Below are positions 42,559 through 55,250 of a stretch of 64,000 nucleotides of DNA, piece by piece. The notes beneath the pieces are model-generated. The model ran no database searches. It worked only from the letters and a program-made list of their open reading frames with translations, and had not been told where the DNA came from. Each line of letters begins with the position of its first letter. Position 1 is the first letter of the stretch. The stretch comes from Saccostrea echinata. Its lineage: Eukaryota. Location of the stretch: assembly GCF_033153115.1 (NCBI RefSeq), contig NW_026889750.1, positions 36,270,001 to 36,334,000 on the forward strand. Reading direction: 5' to 3'. The position numbers and the translations under genes were made by a program.

Positions 42559-43881
42559 CTAATAAGAACAAAGGCATGGTTTTCCCTGCAAAATAAAAAA
42601 TTTCCATTCAGTTAATAAAATATTAAAAATTGATTTTTTGTCAGTTCAATTCCAAGTATTTTCACGAGACTTACCAGTGGTCTCTCGCAGACGTAATTGT
42701 TAACCTGTCCACAGCTGTCAACGTGCCAGTGATATTTGTATGATCTCCAGAAGATACCGCAATTGTAGTCCCCATGTTCATGATAAATTGGTTCCTGACT
42801 GTACCAATCAAATTTGTGGCATGGCTTGACGGTGAATCCCCAGCACCACCTATGTTTGTTTGGTCTCAAAACGTCATTTAAAGCCAACCAGGCTCCTCTC
42901 CTGTCTGCATTGCATACGTGTAAATAATTATAGATTATTATAGATTTAATAAGTGATCATAGAGATTTCGTATTTGAAATATTCTATTTATGACGTAACG
43001 ACTTACATCCATAGATACTGCACATGTGTCTGACGTAGGTGTTTTCGTGGGATTGGTCAATGGATACCAGGTATCCTCCCATGGCAACACATCTCATCTG
43101 CGATAAAATAAACAAAACTTGAAACCGCCGGTTAGACTAAAATCTGTTAGATTGTGCATGATGTAAAATAAAAAGAATACGGTTTAAATATACATGATCT
43201 AGACTTTACATGTTATATGTGTCTTTGAAAAAGATTATTGAGATTCTCCATAGAACAATTGACAAGAATAAGGTACAATTTACTTACAGAAGCCCTGTAC
43301 CAGTTAAGTTTGTCCCTGCTGAACCAGTAACAACGTTTGTTGTACTGATGCCATCCATAAGGACAACCACCAGAAACAACTCTGGCTGCAGCGTACTTAA
43401 AGGCCCTATACCTTGGTGCATTGCCGTAACTGGCCTCAGATACTTTAAAAAGTGAAAAAATAATGTCACAAATAATAATGTTTTTGTAAATAATTGTATA
43501 GTAGGGTTTTAAGTAGAAATAATTGTTGTTACTCAAGCTGTAATTTTCATGTGTATTTTTTGAGTGACGTATGGTGAGAATTATCTAGTTTTTTAATTTT
43601 AAATAACCATTGCATTCTGAACCTTTGACTTTTTCCCAAAATCAGGATGATATAAAACTTTCAATGTTTTCTCTATTTATCTCTTTTTATTTAGACTGTA
43701 CATAAGAAAGGGATTTTGAAATAAATAAATAAAAAAAAAAAAGCACAATTCATTGTTTGATCATATTTTTTTCAACTTCGGCAATAATCGATTATGATAT
43801 TTTTTCAAGAAATCTGGCAGATGAATACATACCAGCTAGGAATGTGGAAACCAGCAAAAGCAAGGCGATAAGTGTGTTCAT
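42559..43881 (-). CDS. Secreted C-type lectin-domain protein, subfamily A copy 1 (perlucin-like), 183 aa
   Basis: Exons (minus): 43881-43833 (MNTLIALLLLVSTFLA), 43442-43288 (..GGCPYGWHQYNKRCYWFSRDKLNWYRAS), 43097-43007 (MRCVAMGGYLVSIDQSHENTYVR..), 42904-42675 (..GAWLALND..EPIYHEHGDYNCGIFW..WHVDSCGQVNNYVCERPL), 42585-42559 (GKPCLCSY*). Introns are GT-AG and in frame, AATAAA follows the stop, and the Cys pattern is long-form CTLD. Confidence 0.92.
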
Positions 43882-44263
43882 GATTGAAGCTTTTCTCAAT
43901 GTCCAATCACACTTCTCATCGTGTATATATACTGAATACAAAAAGAATCAATATCTCATCATTTATTCATACGAACAGTTGCTTAACACAGTGAGACGAA
44001 CGCCTCTTTCCAGCTTCTTCATTATGAACATTAGTTTCCATGTTTGCTTTTCTATACAGTCATCATACGTTTATAACATCTAATCGTCTTAAGATACAAA
44101 AAACAGATGTCAGAATTGTTTTATACATCAGTAATGCATAAAATACCCAAAATCGGACAACTAAAGGGTGTTCCAAAAATACTTAAGGAATGTGCTGAGC
44201 ATTCAGAAGAATTTTATATATAGGAAGGATTGTTGACTTTGTTTGGAGTACTCTCAAGTCACC
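43882..44263. promoter_or_regulatory. Bidirectional promoter of the A1/B1 lectin pair (382 bp between start codons)
   Basis: Divergent ATGs at 43881 and 44264. TATA-like TATATATA at about 43924-43931 (A1 side) and about 44215-44222 (B1 side). Confidence 0.7.
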
Positions 44264-45803
44264 ATGAACGCCTTCCTTGCACTCTGTCTTCTCGTTAGTG
44301 TAATTGCTGGTAAATTATTTCTCAAAATTGCTTCGTTCGATAGTTGAATACATTCAATAATTTTACCGTTTGCCCAAGCTTTATTTTAATTTCTTTTCAG
44401 TTGAAGGCAGCTATGACTATGCTCCCAAATACAGCAGTTTTGGATATGTTGCCGCCAAGATCGCTAAAGGGACCTGTCCTTATGGTTGGAGTTTGTATCA
44501 TGGGAGCTGTTATTATTTTAGCAGAGATAGACTGTCATGGTGGCAGGCTTCTGTAATTATAGCTGATCATTACTTACATTATTTTAAAACGATAGAATTG
44601 TTTTAATATTAATTAATACATAGGACTTGGGAGTATGCTGAACAGAGGATATATAACGTGAGATAATCAGCATTTGATAAGAATTCTTGATACGCTTTTT
44701 CCTTTTTTCTCTGAAATGTTTCAGATGAAATGTGCTTCTATGGGAGGATTTTTATGCAATGTTGACGAAGCCCATGAAAACACATATATCAGACATCACC
44801 TTGCTATGTACGGAGGTACGTTCACAATGACACACCAAAACGGTGTTTTACATTTTAAAAAAAAATGCTTATAATGAAGATAAAGTATTGAATTTTAACA
44901 GCAATGTGACAAATTTTGTACTTTTTATTTTCTAAAGGAAATCGATTTATTCTAAAATGCTGATATCTATTTCTCTCAATTTTTCAATAGTTCTGAAGAA
45001 ATTAGCATATTGTTTCCATGAATCCTAGAAAACGTTCTTATCTAGTGCATAAATAAGAACGATTAATATAACCTGTTTTGTTTTATTGTATCTATTTTGT
45101 TTCATAAACAAAACAATTTAGTCGCCCGCGTGGCGCAGTGGTTTGAGAGTTTGCTCTAGAGTCGCGGTGTAAAGAGTTGATCTTTACGTCGCAGGTTCGA
45201 ATCCCATTACGGGACGAGGAGACCGGTGGTTCTTCGGATGAGACCGTATAAACTGAGGTCCCAGAAGATGCTGACACGAAAAAGATCCCTCACTGCTCAA
45301 TGGCCCTGAGTGCCGAATATAGGTCTAAATTTGCTACCCTCCACCAGCAATTGGTGGCATCTCCACCAATTCTCGATAGGGACGTTAAACAACAAAGAAA
45401 CAATTGAGTAACTCGAGTATTTAAACTATTATATACTTACAGTAACTCCTGGAGCATGGATGGCCCTGAACGACTGTCTTTACCCCAACGCTCACAGATG
45501 GAGCTGGGGATTCACAAAGAGGCGATGTCACAAGTTTGATTGGTACGGTAACGAGCCCGTGTACCATAAAAAGGGAGACTGGAATTGTGGAGCTTTCTGG
45601 TCCAGTTACAAATATCACTGGCATGTCGATAGCTGTGCTCAGAGAAACTACTACGTCTGTGAAATGAAATTGGTAATTTCTTCATTATTTATAGAAGCCG
45701 GAGATGATTTAATAGTAATTGCATGAAGGATTCAATATTGAGTAACATCTATTTATACATTATTTTTTTTGTACAGGGAAAACCATGCAGATGCCAGTAT
45801 TAA
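44264..45803 (+). CDS. Secreted C-type lectin-domain protein, subfamily B copy 1 (perlucin-like), 181 aa
   Basis: Exons: 44264-44309 (MNAFLALCLLVSVIA), 44401-44552 (..GTCPYGWSLYHGSCYYFSRDRLSWWQAS), 44725-44815 (MKCASMGGFLCNVDEAHENTYIR..), 45443-45672 (..GAWMALNDC..EPVYHKKGDWNCGAFW..WHVDSCAQRNYYVCEMKL), 45777-45803 (GKPCRCQY*). AATAAA at 45821. Confidence 0.92.
45121..45400 (+). mobile_element. tRNA-derived SINE (Deu/Nin-like central domain) in lectin B1 intron 3
   Basis: A box TGGCGCAGTGG, B box GGTTCGAATCCC, core ttcggatgagaccgtataaactgaggtccc, tail gggacgttaaacaacaaagaaacaa. Confidence 0.85.
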
Positions 45804-46254
45804 TTCATTGTGGATTTCTTAATAAATGTTTAAACAAGAATTATTTCTCATTGTTAATTAATGCTGTGTTTATTTTACTGAGTCTTTTGACAAACAACCA
45901 TGAATATGTTAAAGAATATAGTTAATAAGAGAAGATTCATTTATTTCAATACAACTCAAATTCAATGATAAAGGAAATGCTGAGAACGTTCTTTATCAAG
46001 AGCTTGTTTCAAAATGCACCAGGCCAGTCTTGAATATTCCGATGGGAAAAAAAACATCAATGCATCAGACCAGTTGGGATATCTCAGTGGAAAACCATTA
46101 AGAATCTCCTTGTTTAAAATGGATCACAGACCAATAAGATTGGGATTGGTTTTAGTCTTTATAAAAAAAAGCTCATCGATATCATTTCTGGTCAATGAAT
46201 TTAGGTTGAATGTAATTCACTACTCATACTTAGATCATTTAATTTCTATTACAA

Positions 46255-46540
46255 TACAATGATCTTGTCAGCACATACAAGCTATCATTGAGTCAAATGC
46301 TGACTGACGTTTTTCATACTAATTGTTGAGCCATTCCATTATTTATGCACTGAACTGTCTACGGATTTTCCTGTTTTTTTCCCGATCATGACAAGGAGCA
46401 CACGGCGGGTGTGACCGGTCGGCAGGGGATGCTCACTCCTCCATGGCACCTGATCCCACCTCTAAATTTTGAGGTCCGTGTTTGCTCTACTCCAAATTTG
46501 TATCATTTCATTGGACTGTTCATTATCTTCATATTTCATT
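46255..46540 (+). mobile_element. 3'-end fragment of the Penelope-like family
   Basis: aaatgctgactgacgtttttcatactaattg..cacggcgggtgtgaccggtcggcaggggatgctcactcctccatggcacctgatcccacct. Confidence 0.75.
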
Positions 46541-48471
46541 CTAGTCAATGCATGTAGTATGTAAGAATGGGAATCTTTTCATAGACTTCAACAATGTAGC
46601 TTTATATTGTTAACGCATTTTGAGTTTATCTCGAAATTTTTTTTATATATTTTTCTTTATTTTTCATTGTAATGATAATGTCTATAGTATTAATTCTCTT
46701 CTTAATGCGCGAGTATATTACAACACACTTCCTAGGAAATGATAAAAAAAAATGTCATTGATGTATACCAATTATATACTGTAAACTAACTTTTATTCGC
46801 GTGCGAGAAGTATCCGCGAGTTCTGCGACCTTCTTTTACTCGGGAATAACACTAAATCCACTGAATTGATACAATTCTAAGGTATCAAATTAATCAAAAG
46901 TATATAAAACACAAATCCATCCCAGCTCATTGCAGACAAAAATACCTGTTTCGAGTAAAATAGAGGGAATAATTCTTGTCCTCGAAGAAAGTATGCTACA
47001 CTGAGGTATAGTTTCGCTTGACTGCGTTTTAGTTACAAAAAAATACGATTTGCCTTTTCTTTTGAATTAATGTCTTTATATAAAAAAATTAATATGCATC
47101 AAACAGAGTTAATTGAAGGAAAATACACAAATCCGATAAGAAAAAATTAAGCAATTAAAACAGATTTTGAAAGGCGAGAATTTAAAACTGGAAAAGTGTG
47201 ACACCAAGTGGATTCGAACCACGACTCTAAAAGTAACTTCGGCACCATGAGCCAGCGGTCTTTTATTTTTAACATCTTTTAAGAGCCAGCGGTCAAACTT
47301 TCTGAGCTAATCTGATCATATAACAAATGGTTACATATATAAATACGAACCAAGTTTCCTTATTTTTTATAGGTTTCTTTTCTTGTTATTTTCGACCCAA
47401 CGACAGGTGTGCCCTTTAGAAAAAAATCCATTTCAAATTATTTCTTACATCCTACCAAAATATCATAATTTTATTTGGGGACAGGCCTGCCTTAAGGATG
47501 CTCCTTATGGTCAATTCTTTTGAATTTCCGAATACATTCTTTCTGCAGTAGAAAACCAGGGATTAATGAACTAGAGGCTGTGTTGACATACATTTTGTAG
47601 ATCATACATAACTGTCTATTTTCATTTTAGTTCATTTATTTTCACTAAAAGTAAGTTTATTTAATGTCTTGTATATATAAGATAGATGTAAAATGGATCT
47701 GTAATATTATTTAAGAATAAGCATTTGAAACAATGTCCTTAATAAAAGATGTATGTATTGAATATTATTTTGTACAAATGTGCCTTGTTTACACTACATT
47801 CTGGACTCAATCTGTCAACTGTTAGAGCGACACAAACTGATAACACCTTCATATACAATTACATCAGAATAAATTGGAAGTAAACATGAAACGAAATTTC
47901 CTGTTATCAAATAGATACAAAATATTGAAAAGATTGAGTTCACACAATAGTCACTTCTAGTCAATTCTATTATAAGTATACAATGCGATAAGAAATTTTC
48001 TTTATGAATTAATATTGATAGTGGTCGATGGTCGGGGGAGGGGGTGTGGCTAGAATATGATAAATCTGTTGTTTTTCTGTACCACAGTGTAGGTATTAGT
48101 ATACTCTTGTATTAATTTCTTTCGTGTTAGAGTAGTTAAGTGTGTTCTTGAAAACTTCTATACTTCAATCACAGTCCAGATACTCCTATACCTTTTTCTT
48201 GTATTATCACCAAAACATAATAGGTGGTTATATCAATAGCAATCTAACTATAAAATTGATAAAAGTCTGAAAAGCTTATGGCAGTGTGTTAAAGTTAAAA
48301 AAATATTTTTCTGTCATCCTTGAGCATTGATTCATTTATTTTCCACACAATCACATCCATAACATGCGAAAGCCTGTAAGTATCAAACAAAAAAAAATAA
48401 ACGCCCATTATCTCGTAATAACGAGATAATTATCTCGTGACTACGAGGAAATTATCTCGTAATTTCGATAT

Positions 48472-48609
48472 CAGGTTCCGGGGCCATGAAACTTAGACGA
48501 GCTCATTTTTGATCTCAGTCTCACTTTTCCACTATTAATTAATTCCTTTGGTAAAAGTGAGACTGAGATCAAAAGTGAACTCGTCTAAGTTTTATGGCCC
48601 CGGAGCCTG
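48472..48609. mobile_element. 138-bp palindromic MITE nested in a 22-bp tandem-repeat element (about 48405-48665)
   Basis: CAGGTTCCGGGGCCATGAAACTTAGACGAG...CTCGTCTAAGTTTTATGGCCCCGGAGCCTG with AT on both sides, interrupting an attatctcgtaataacgagata array. Confidence 0.8.
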
Positions 48610-48719
48610 ATCTCGAAATTAAGAGAAAAGATCTCGTTATTATGAGAAAATTATCTCTTAGTTACAATGTACAGAAAAATATACACGTACGTAAGCTTTT
48701 CTCTTTCCGTCCTTCTTTT

Positions 48720-48724
<5 letters not shown>

Positions 48725-48771
<47 letters not shown>
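48725..48771. repeat. Poly-T tract (about 47 nt)
   Basis: Seen directly in the sequence. Confidence 0.9.
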
Positions 48772-48772
<1 letters not shown>

Positions 48773-51137
48773 ATAATTGCAGGTCGAGGAAATCAAGATT
48801 TATTGAAGCAATCTTTTCTACAATGACTTCCACTGGCAGATAAAACGGAATGTTGGAATGAGTGTCCTCCTAAAATAATTTTATATACTAAGAAAGGCAC
48901 GAGCAAGGACTTAATGCTTTAGGTGTAGGTAGATTAAATTCTAAATGAATTCCTCAGGGTAGGAATCTCTAACCTACCCAAGTAACCGTTTATCAAGTCG
49001 TAAAAAATAATTTAAAAGCCTTGATTTGCATGAGTGAGTACAAAAATACTGTTCTACTATACTACATTTTGCAATTAAAATACTTCTTAAAGAACGAAGA
49101 GAAAATACTTTTTAAAGAACCGGACGTTATTTTTATTTTTTTTTTTACTTGATACTAATACACATGTAGTTAATAATAACAGCTACATGTATATAACGAC
49201 GTCCATTTTGATAATAAAACTAAGAATCATTTTTAAGAATCTTCAGACAGGTCAAGTTTACCTTGCTGTGACAAAATATCATAAGATTATGGTCTAGTAA
49301 TATTTTGACTGAAATTAAACGTAACTTAATAATGTAACCGATAGAAGTAAATTAATAATTGCTGCAGAATATACAGTAAGTGGCACCTCCAATGTTTATT
49401 TCGCCTGCGTGCTCACTTATATGACAACAGTTTGATCAACAATGGCTTCTACAATTTATGCATTTTCACTATATGATCAGAGCCCCAACCTAACTCCAGA
49501 ACCCCTGACCCTGAGGCCTTAAATTTTCAACTAAATTTTATCAGCAGACCAGTGTTCAGAACTGTTCAACAGAAATACTGACAAATCTAATGTAACAATT
49601 TTCAGTAGAATCTCCCCTTGGATGGCATTTGGGGATCGAACATGTAAACCTACAAGTAGTATATCCTCGTGTGTAAAATTGTAAATATAACCACCTTTGT
49701 TTGATAAATAAAATTTTCATTCGTCTCTAGGAATGTTCATTTGAACAACTTCTCAAAAATTTATTGCAGTGAGCCCGTCCAGTAAAAGAAGACAAACCTA
49801 TCTTTTTAAAATTTCGTGTTGATACTTATATGTTGATATTTTATGTTCTATCCTCAAAGCTTTCTTTATAAATTAAAAACAAATTGTTCAGACAAAACTG
49901 AATAAATGATTACCTCCTATTATATAATAATATGATTATTTCGTTTCCTTTACGTCTGCTGTAATTAAAACAGCATTAGCATTTTGTCATTATTTCTTTT
50001 TCCTTTGCTTAGTTAACACCTGCTTTAAAAAGGTGAACGAAACATGCATTTTTCAAAAGTAGGAAACCATTTGACCTCCATAAAATTTTTAGGAATAGCT
50101 GTTCCACTAAAAACATTTCTTTTAAAAAATGACAGAAATTTGCTTTTTATCAATATACACTGTGTACTTGTGTACTGTAAAAGAAACAAATTGTAAGTAA
50201 TTAACCTATAAAATAAAAGAAGTTTTACGTGATTGCAGTCATGAGAAAAATTGTTTGTTGACGATATTTTTGTTTTAATCTCTACCTGGGACCTGTAATT
50301 CATTTTCTTTAAAATGATATTTCCAGATAATGTATCAAATGAAAACATCTGGCGAGTAAATTTTTATATTTTAAGTATATTATCAATTTTCTCCTTCAGT
50401 GTTATTAATCTTATTTGAAGAGAACTTTTTAAACAATATAGATACAAAAATTTAGTGACAAACGTATGGAAAATTATGAAGCCCATAAAATCACGTATGT
50501 GGGGCTTAGATAACATTACATTAATTCCACAAGATATGTTGAATAAAAAGTTACTATTATTCTGTATACCCTGATCAGGAAACACCAATGTACATGTACA
50601 TATATTTTCTTTCAATGTCAATAGACAAGAAAAAATAAGGAAACCCATGAAACATGCCCGAGAAATCAGACATTGCTAATTTTGCAGAGCAGATGTCACA
50701 CAAGTTCTTCATGCATCGTCACCATAATCAAAACTGAAGTCGAAATAATTATTAACTTTCACCTAATTTACAATGTTTCTTTAATGCTATAATTTGATAG
50801 ATAACGGCAAAAGATAGACATACCAACTCACAGTGCTCAACGATGATTTATTTAATATCATTAAAGAATTACAGGACAATTGTGATAACTACATGGTATT
50901 TAAACTGTGATTAACACTTCAAATCTGACCAATTACCCCGCGATCTCAATAAGGAGAGTCATAATTACCGCCAAATCAGCTTATATAGATATGTGAAAAA
51001 AACGTTACATTATCAACGTTTATGCAGAAGTTTCTTTTTTAAAATGAATTTATATATTATACATATATTTTATTTTTTCCGACTAACCGATTACAGATTT
51101 TCTAACCGATTTCTGTCCTTCCGACCAAGTAACCGGT

Positions 51138-51272
51138 NNNNNNNNNNNNNNNNNNNNNNNNNNNNNNNNNNNNNNNNNNNNNNNNNNNNNNNNNNNNNNN
51201 NNNNNNNNNNNNNNNNNNNNNNNNNNNNNNNNNNNNNNNNNNNNNNNNNNNNNNNNNNNNNNNNNNNNNNNN
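51138..51272. other. Assembly gap (N run), preceded by hAT-type subterminal motifs (taaccga)
   Basis: Run of n. ccgactaaccgattacagattttctaaccgattt..taaccggt lies at 51079-51137. Confidence 1.
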
Positions 51273-51424
51273 TGTATTTGATTGGACTCCGAAGAGTGTA
51301 GCAGTTATCTCGAATTTCACGTAAGTATTAAAAAATCCTGATTTTGGTAAATAGAAATGTATAAGCGTAAGCGTTAGTTAGCAAACATTTTTATTCAATA
51401 CCTACATTTATATATCTATAAAAA

Positions 51425-52674
51425 TCAGTACTGGCATTTACAAGGTTTTCCCTGAAACAAAAATTTAAAAAAATATTAACTTTCTTTATTCAATTAAAAG
51501 CCAATATCAATTCAGAATACTCAAGATAACTAAATACTCGAACAATGAAATTACCTTCAGTTTAAAGAAAGTCCTCTTTAAATCAAACACTGGTATTTAA
51601 CATATTAAATAAAAATTTACCAATTTCATTTCACAGACGTAGTAGTTTCTCTGAGCACAACTATCGACATGCCAGTGATATTTGTAACTGGACCAAAAAG
51701 CTCCACAATTCCAGTCTCCTGTTTTATGGTACACAGGCTCGTTTCCGTACCAATCAAACTTGTGACATCGCCTCTTTGTGAATCCCCAGCTCCATCTGTG
51801 AGCGTTAGGGTAGAGACAGTCGTTCAGAGCCATCCAAGCTCCAGGAGTTACTGTAATTATAATTAGTTAAAAGACTCGTATATGGTATCTGTAGAATGGC
51901 ATGCATATCAACAACATGAGGTTAAAGACAACAGCTTGAAACAATTCCCAGTTGCATTACATGAAAAGTTGAACAGAAATGTGAACTTTTGTTGGAGATC
52001 CAAATCTTTTGGTATTATTTGGAACAATGCGCCCTCGTAAAACAAATCCCTAATAGCTAATTTTGTCCTCGACCTACCTCCATACATAGCAAGGTGATGT
52101 CTGATATATGTGTTTTCATGGGCCTCGTCAACATTGCATAAAAATCCTCCCATAGAAGCACATTTCATCTGAAATGTTAAGTAAAATTCCGTGACTTGTA
52201 ATAACTGTAGAAAATCAACAAAACTCTTACGTAAATATAATTCACATATGACTTTTTGGGAATATATCAAGATGATCAAGATTAAACTTTAATAAGACTA
52301 GAAGGAAGAGGGTATATTTTTCTATTTCTAAGGCTTGATAATTGTGCTAGTATAATCAAGCTGATATTTACGGAGGCCTGCCACCATGACAGTCTATCTC
52401 TGCTAAAATAATAACAGCTCCCATGATACAAACTCCAGCCATAAGGACAAGTCCCTTTAGCGATCTTGGCAGCAACATATCCAAAACTGCTGTATTTGGG
52501 AGCATAGTCATAACTGCTTTCAACTGTAACTAAAAAATAATAATGAAAAAAAAATTAAAATAAAAAATAATTAAATTATTTGAATAAATAAAAACTCATT
52601 TTCTATTCCCCTTTGTCACTATTATTACCTATCGTTACAGAAACCACGAGTGTTAAGATAAGTAAACAATTCAT
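51425..52674 (-). CDS. Secreted C-type lectin-domain protein, subfamily B copy 2, 181 aa
   Basis: Exons (minus): 52674-52629 (MNCLLILTLVVSVTI), 52523-52372, 52168-52078, 51850-51621, 51451-51425 (GKPCKCQY*). Same exon sizes as B1 (46/152/91/230/27), GT-AG introns, intact frame. Confidence 0.92.
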
Positions 52675-53017
52675 GACTGTAGCTAGCAGCATATTGCTAA
52701 TTGTTCATATTATGTTCTTTTTATAAGTTTGTATCCTTTTCCTACATATGTGAAATGTAAATATTCACGCCTTTTTCGTGTCAAAAACATGCCAGAAAAC
52801 TGCATTTGTGCTGATCCAAGGGAAAGTAATCAAGCACATTGCATGTATTGAACTACGAACAGATATGTATGATATCAGGGCGGGAAATGATCCCTTGTTA
52901 ATGTGATATTATAACGTAGAACACAAATATTATTGTACTTGTTCAAATATGATTGTATAGAGTATATATACCGAGGACAGTTTTGGAAACCAGTAGATTA
53001 CTAAAATCAGCCCCAGC
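52675..53017. promoter_or_regulatory. Bidirectional promoter of the B2/A2 lectin pair (343 bp)
   Basis: Divergent ATGs at 52674 and 53018. TATAAAA (minus) at about 52719-52725, TATATATA at 52963-52970, GC-box CAGGGCGGGAA at 52876-52886, ATATTCACGCC at 52761. Confidence 0.72.
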
Positions 53018-54195
53018 ATGAATGCAGTGGTTTTTGCTTGTCTTTTGCTCTCAGCAACACTCGCTGGTAAGTTAAGCATCACATTAATTCCAGTATTTAC
53101 TTTAAAAGTTCATATTAGTTAATCAATACCAATGTGTGATATCATGACATTTTTATAAGAAAATGTATTAATTCAATGCTACTGAACTCGCTACAAAATA
53201 TTCCAAAATCTTAAGTTAGCTTAAATAACAAATAAAGAATTATTTTATTTTATAAATATTTCAAATAAAAATAATCTCTCAGTATATATATTTCAACAAA
53301 ATTTTCAACCTTGCAGTCTCACAAGCCAGCTATAATATAAGGCCAAGGTACAGGGCCTTTAAGTACGCTGCTGCCAGAGTTGTTGCTGGTGGTTGTCCTT
53401 ATGGATGGCATCAGTACAACAAACGTTGTTACTGGTTCAGCAGGGACAAACTTAACTGGTACAGGGCTTCTGTAAGTAAATTGTACCTAACTATTGCCCT
53501 TTGTTTAAACCGAGAATCCCCTTTAAAGACAACTTAAACAAGAAGAAAATAGAAATTGTATATTTAAACTTATTTTTTTGAATTAAATGCAATCCAGTAC
53601 CCCTCGGATTAACAAGCGAGTTTAAGTTTTGTTTACTTAATGTAGATGAGATGTGTTGCCATGGGAGGATACCTGGTATCCATTGACCAATCCCACGAAA
53701 ACACCTACGTAAGACACATGTGCAGTATCTATGGATGTAAGTCGTTACGTCATAAGAAGACTATTTCAAATACGAAATCTCTTTGATCACGATGAGTACT
53801 TATTAAATCTATAATAATCTATAATTATTTACACGTATGCAATGCAGACAGGAGAGGAGCCTGGTTGGCTTTAAATGACGTTCTGAGACCAAACAAACAT
53901 AGGTGGTGCTGGGGATTCACCGTCAAGCCATGCCACAAATTTGACTGGTACGGTCAGGAACCAATTTATCATGAACATGGGGACTACAATTGCGGTATCT
54001 TCTGGAGATCATACAAATACCACTGGCACGTTGACAGTTGTGGACAGGTTAACAATTACATCTGCGAGAGACCACTGGTAAGTTTCATGAATATACCTGG
54101 AATTAAACTGACAAAAAATATCAAATGTGAATATTTTATTTACTGAATGGAAATTTTCTATTTTGCAGGGAAAACCATGCCACTGTTCTTATTAG
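53018..54195 (+). CDS. Secreted C-type lectin-domain protein, subfamily A copy 2, 183 aa
   Basis: Exons: 53018-53066 (MNAVVFACLLLSATLA), 53317-53471, 53646-53736, 53848-54077, 54169-54195 (GKPCHCSY*). Same exon sizes as A1 (49/155/91/230/27). AATAAA follows the stop. Confidence 0.92.
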
Positions 54196-54639
54196 CAATA
54201 TTTCTAAAATAAAGATTTGTTCTACTTGATACCGTGTTCTGTGGATATGTCAGTCAGCAAATATGTCAATTATATATTTTCATCATAATAACAACGTGTA
54301 AAGAAAGATTTTTGGGGACATTACTTATGAAGTTACTTCAACTTCAAACTGTTTCTCTAGATTTAAAATTATTTCAAGAATACCAGCCCATATAAAGCCT
54401 ACTGATAGCGATTCAAGAAATTCTGTCGTAGTTATAACCTCACGGTGCTATAGAAATACTACAATTCTATTCTAGAAATTTATTGTTTATTTTTATATTT
54501 CCGTCTATTCCAAAGTTTGTTTGACATTATCTTTTATGTCCAGTAAAAAATATGTTGTCTCTCCCCCACCCCCCTTTCCCCGATGGGAAAAAAGTCTTAC
54601 TGGTATCAGCATTGATATACATGTACATGTATGTCATAA

Positions 54640-54755
54640 ATGAAATATGGAGATAACGAACAGTAATCAAGCTCAAAAGTCCACTGAAATAAAACAAATA
54701 GGGAGCAGAGCAAGCACGGACCTCTAAAAGCATCAGAGGTGAGATCAGGTGCCAA
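54640..54755 (-). mobile_element. Short 3'-end fragment of the Penelope-like family
   Basis: ggagataacgaacagtaatcaagctc..gggagcagagcaagcacggacctc..gtgagatcaggtgcc is the reverse complement of the family end. Confidence 0.65.
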
Positions 54756-55250
54756 TCGACATTTTTCGCTTTAATCAATGCGAAATAGATATTTTTTTTG
54801 CTCGAGATAATTAAGCTTTTTAATCTGAAGAGTTTTCTAACAAAGAGTCATAAAAACCAATTCTTCAATTCTATGGGTGTATTGAAATCATTTCTACTGA
54901 AAAAGAGTGGTTTTTCGAATAATTGTATTTTAATTGAATTGAATCTACAAATATTTTTGTATTTGATTGGTATATAGTATGTCAATGTTGCACCATTAAT
55001 TTACGATAGTTTGTCTTTTTTTCTTGCATTTACAGAGTATTCAAAAATAAATAAATAAAAAAAAATGAAAGAAAGAAAGAGCTGGCTATGACTTTACGAT
55101 GAAATGCATCGGTCGAAAAGGAAGAAACAGTTTTATTTTGATTTAGACCTGCTAGTATTTTTTCACAGCAGATTCAGCACGAACGAAGAGAGATAAGTCA
55201 AGTGTGCAAACCTATTTTAAAATAGAAATTAAATGACGAATTCTATGGAA

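Noticed and set aside
45121-45215. tRNA gene candidate (A and B boxes); similar at 55500-55589 and 47205-47225
   Set aside because: No complete cloverleaf. The first two continue into a SINE core and tail, so they are SINE heads; the third is only a B-box remnant.
45421-45624. Conserved-looking antisense ORFs MPVIFVTGP.. (also 51669-51866 and 58996-59208)
   Set aside because: Shadow frames opposite lectin exon 4. Their conservation follows from the near-identical sense exons.
42559-54195. Pairs 1 and 2 as allelic haplotypes falsely duplicated across the N-gap
   Set aside because: Signal exons, promoters and B introns are too divergent to be alleles, although long reads should confirm order and orientation across the gap.
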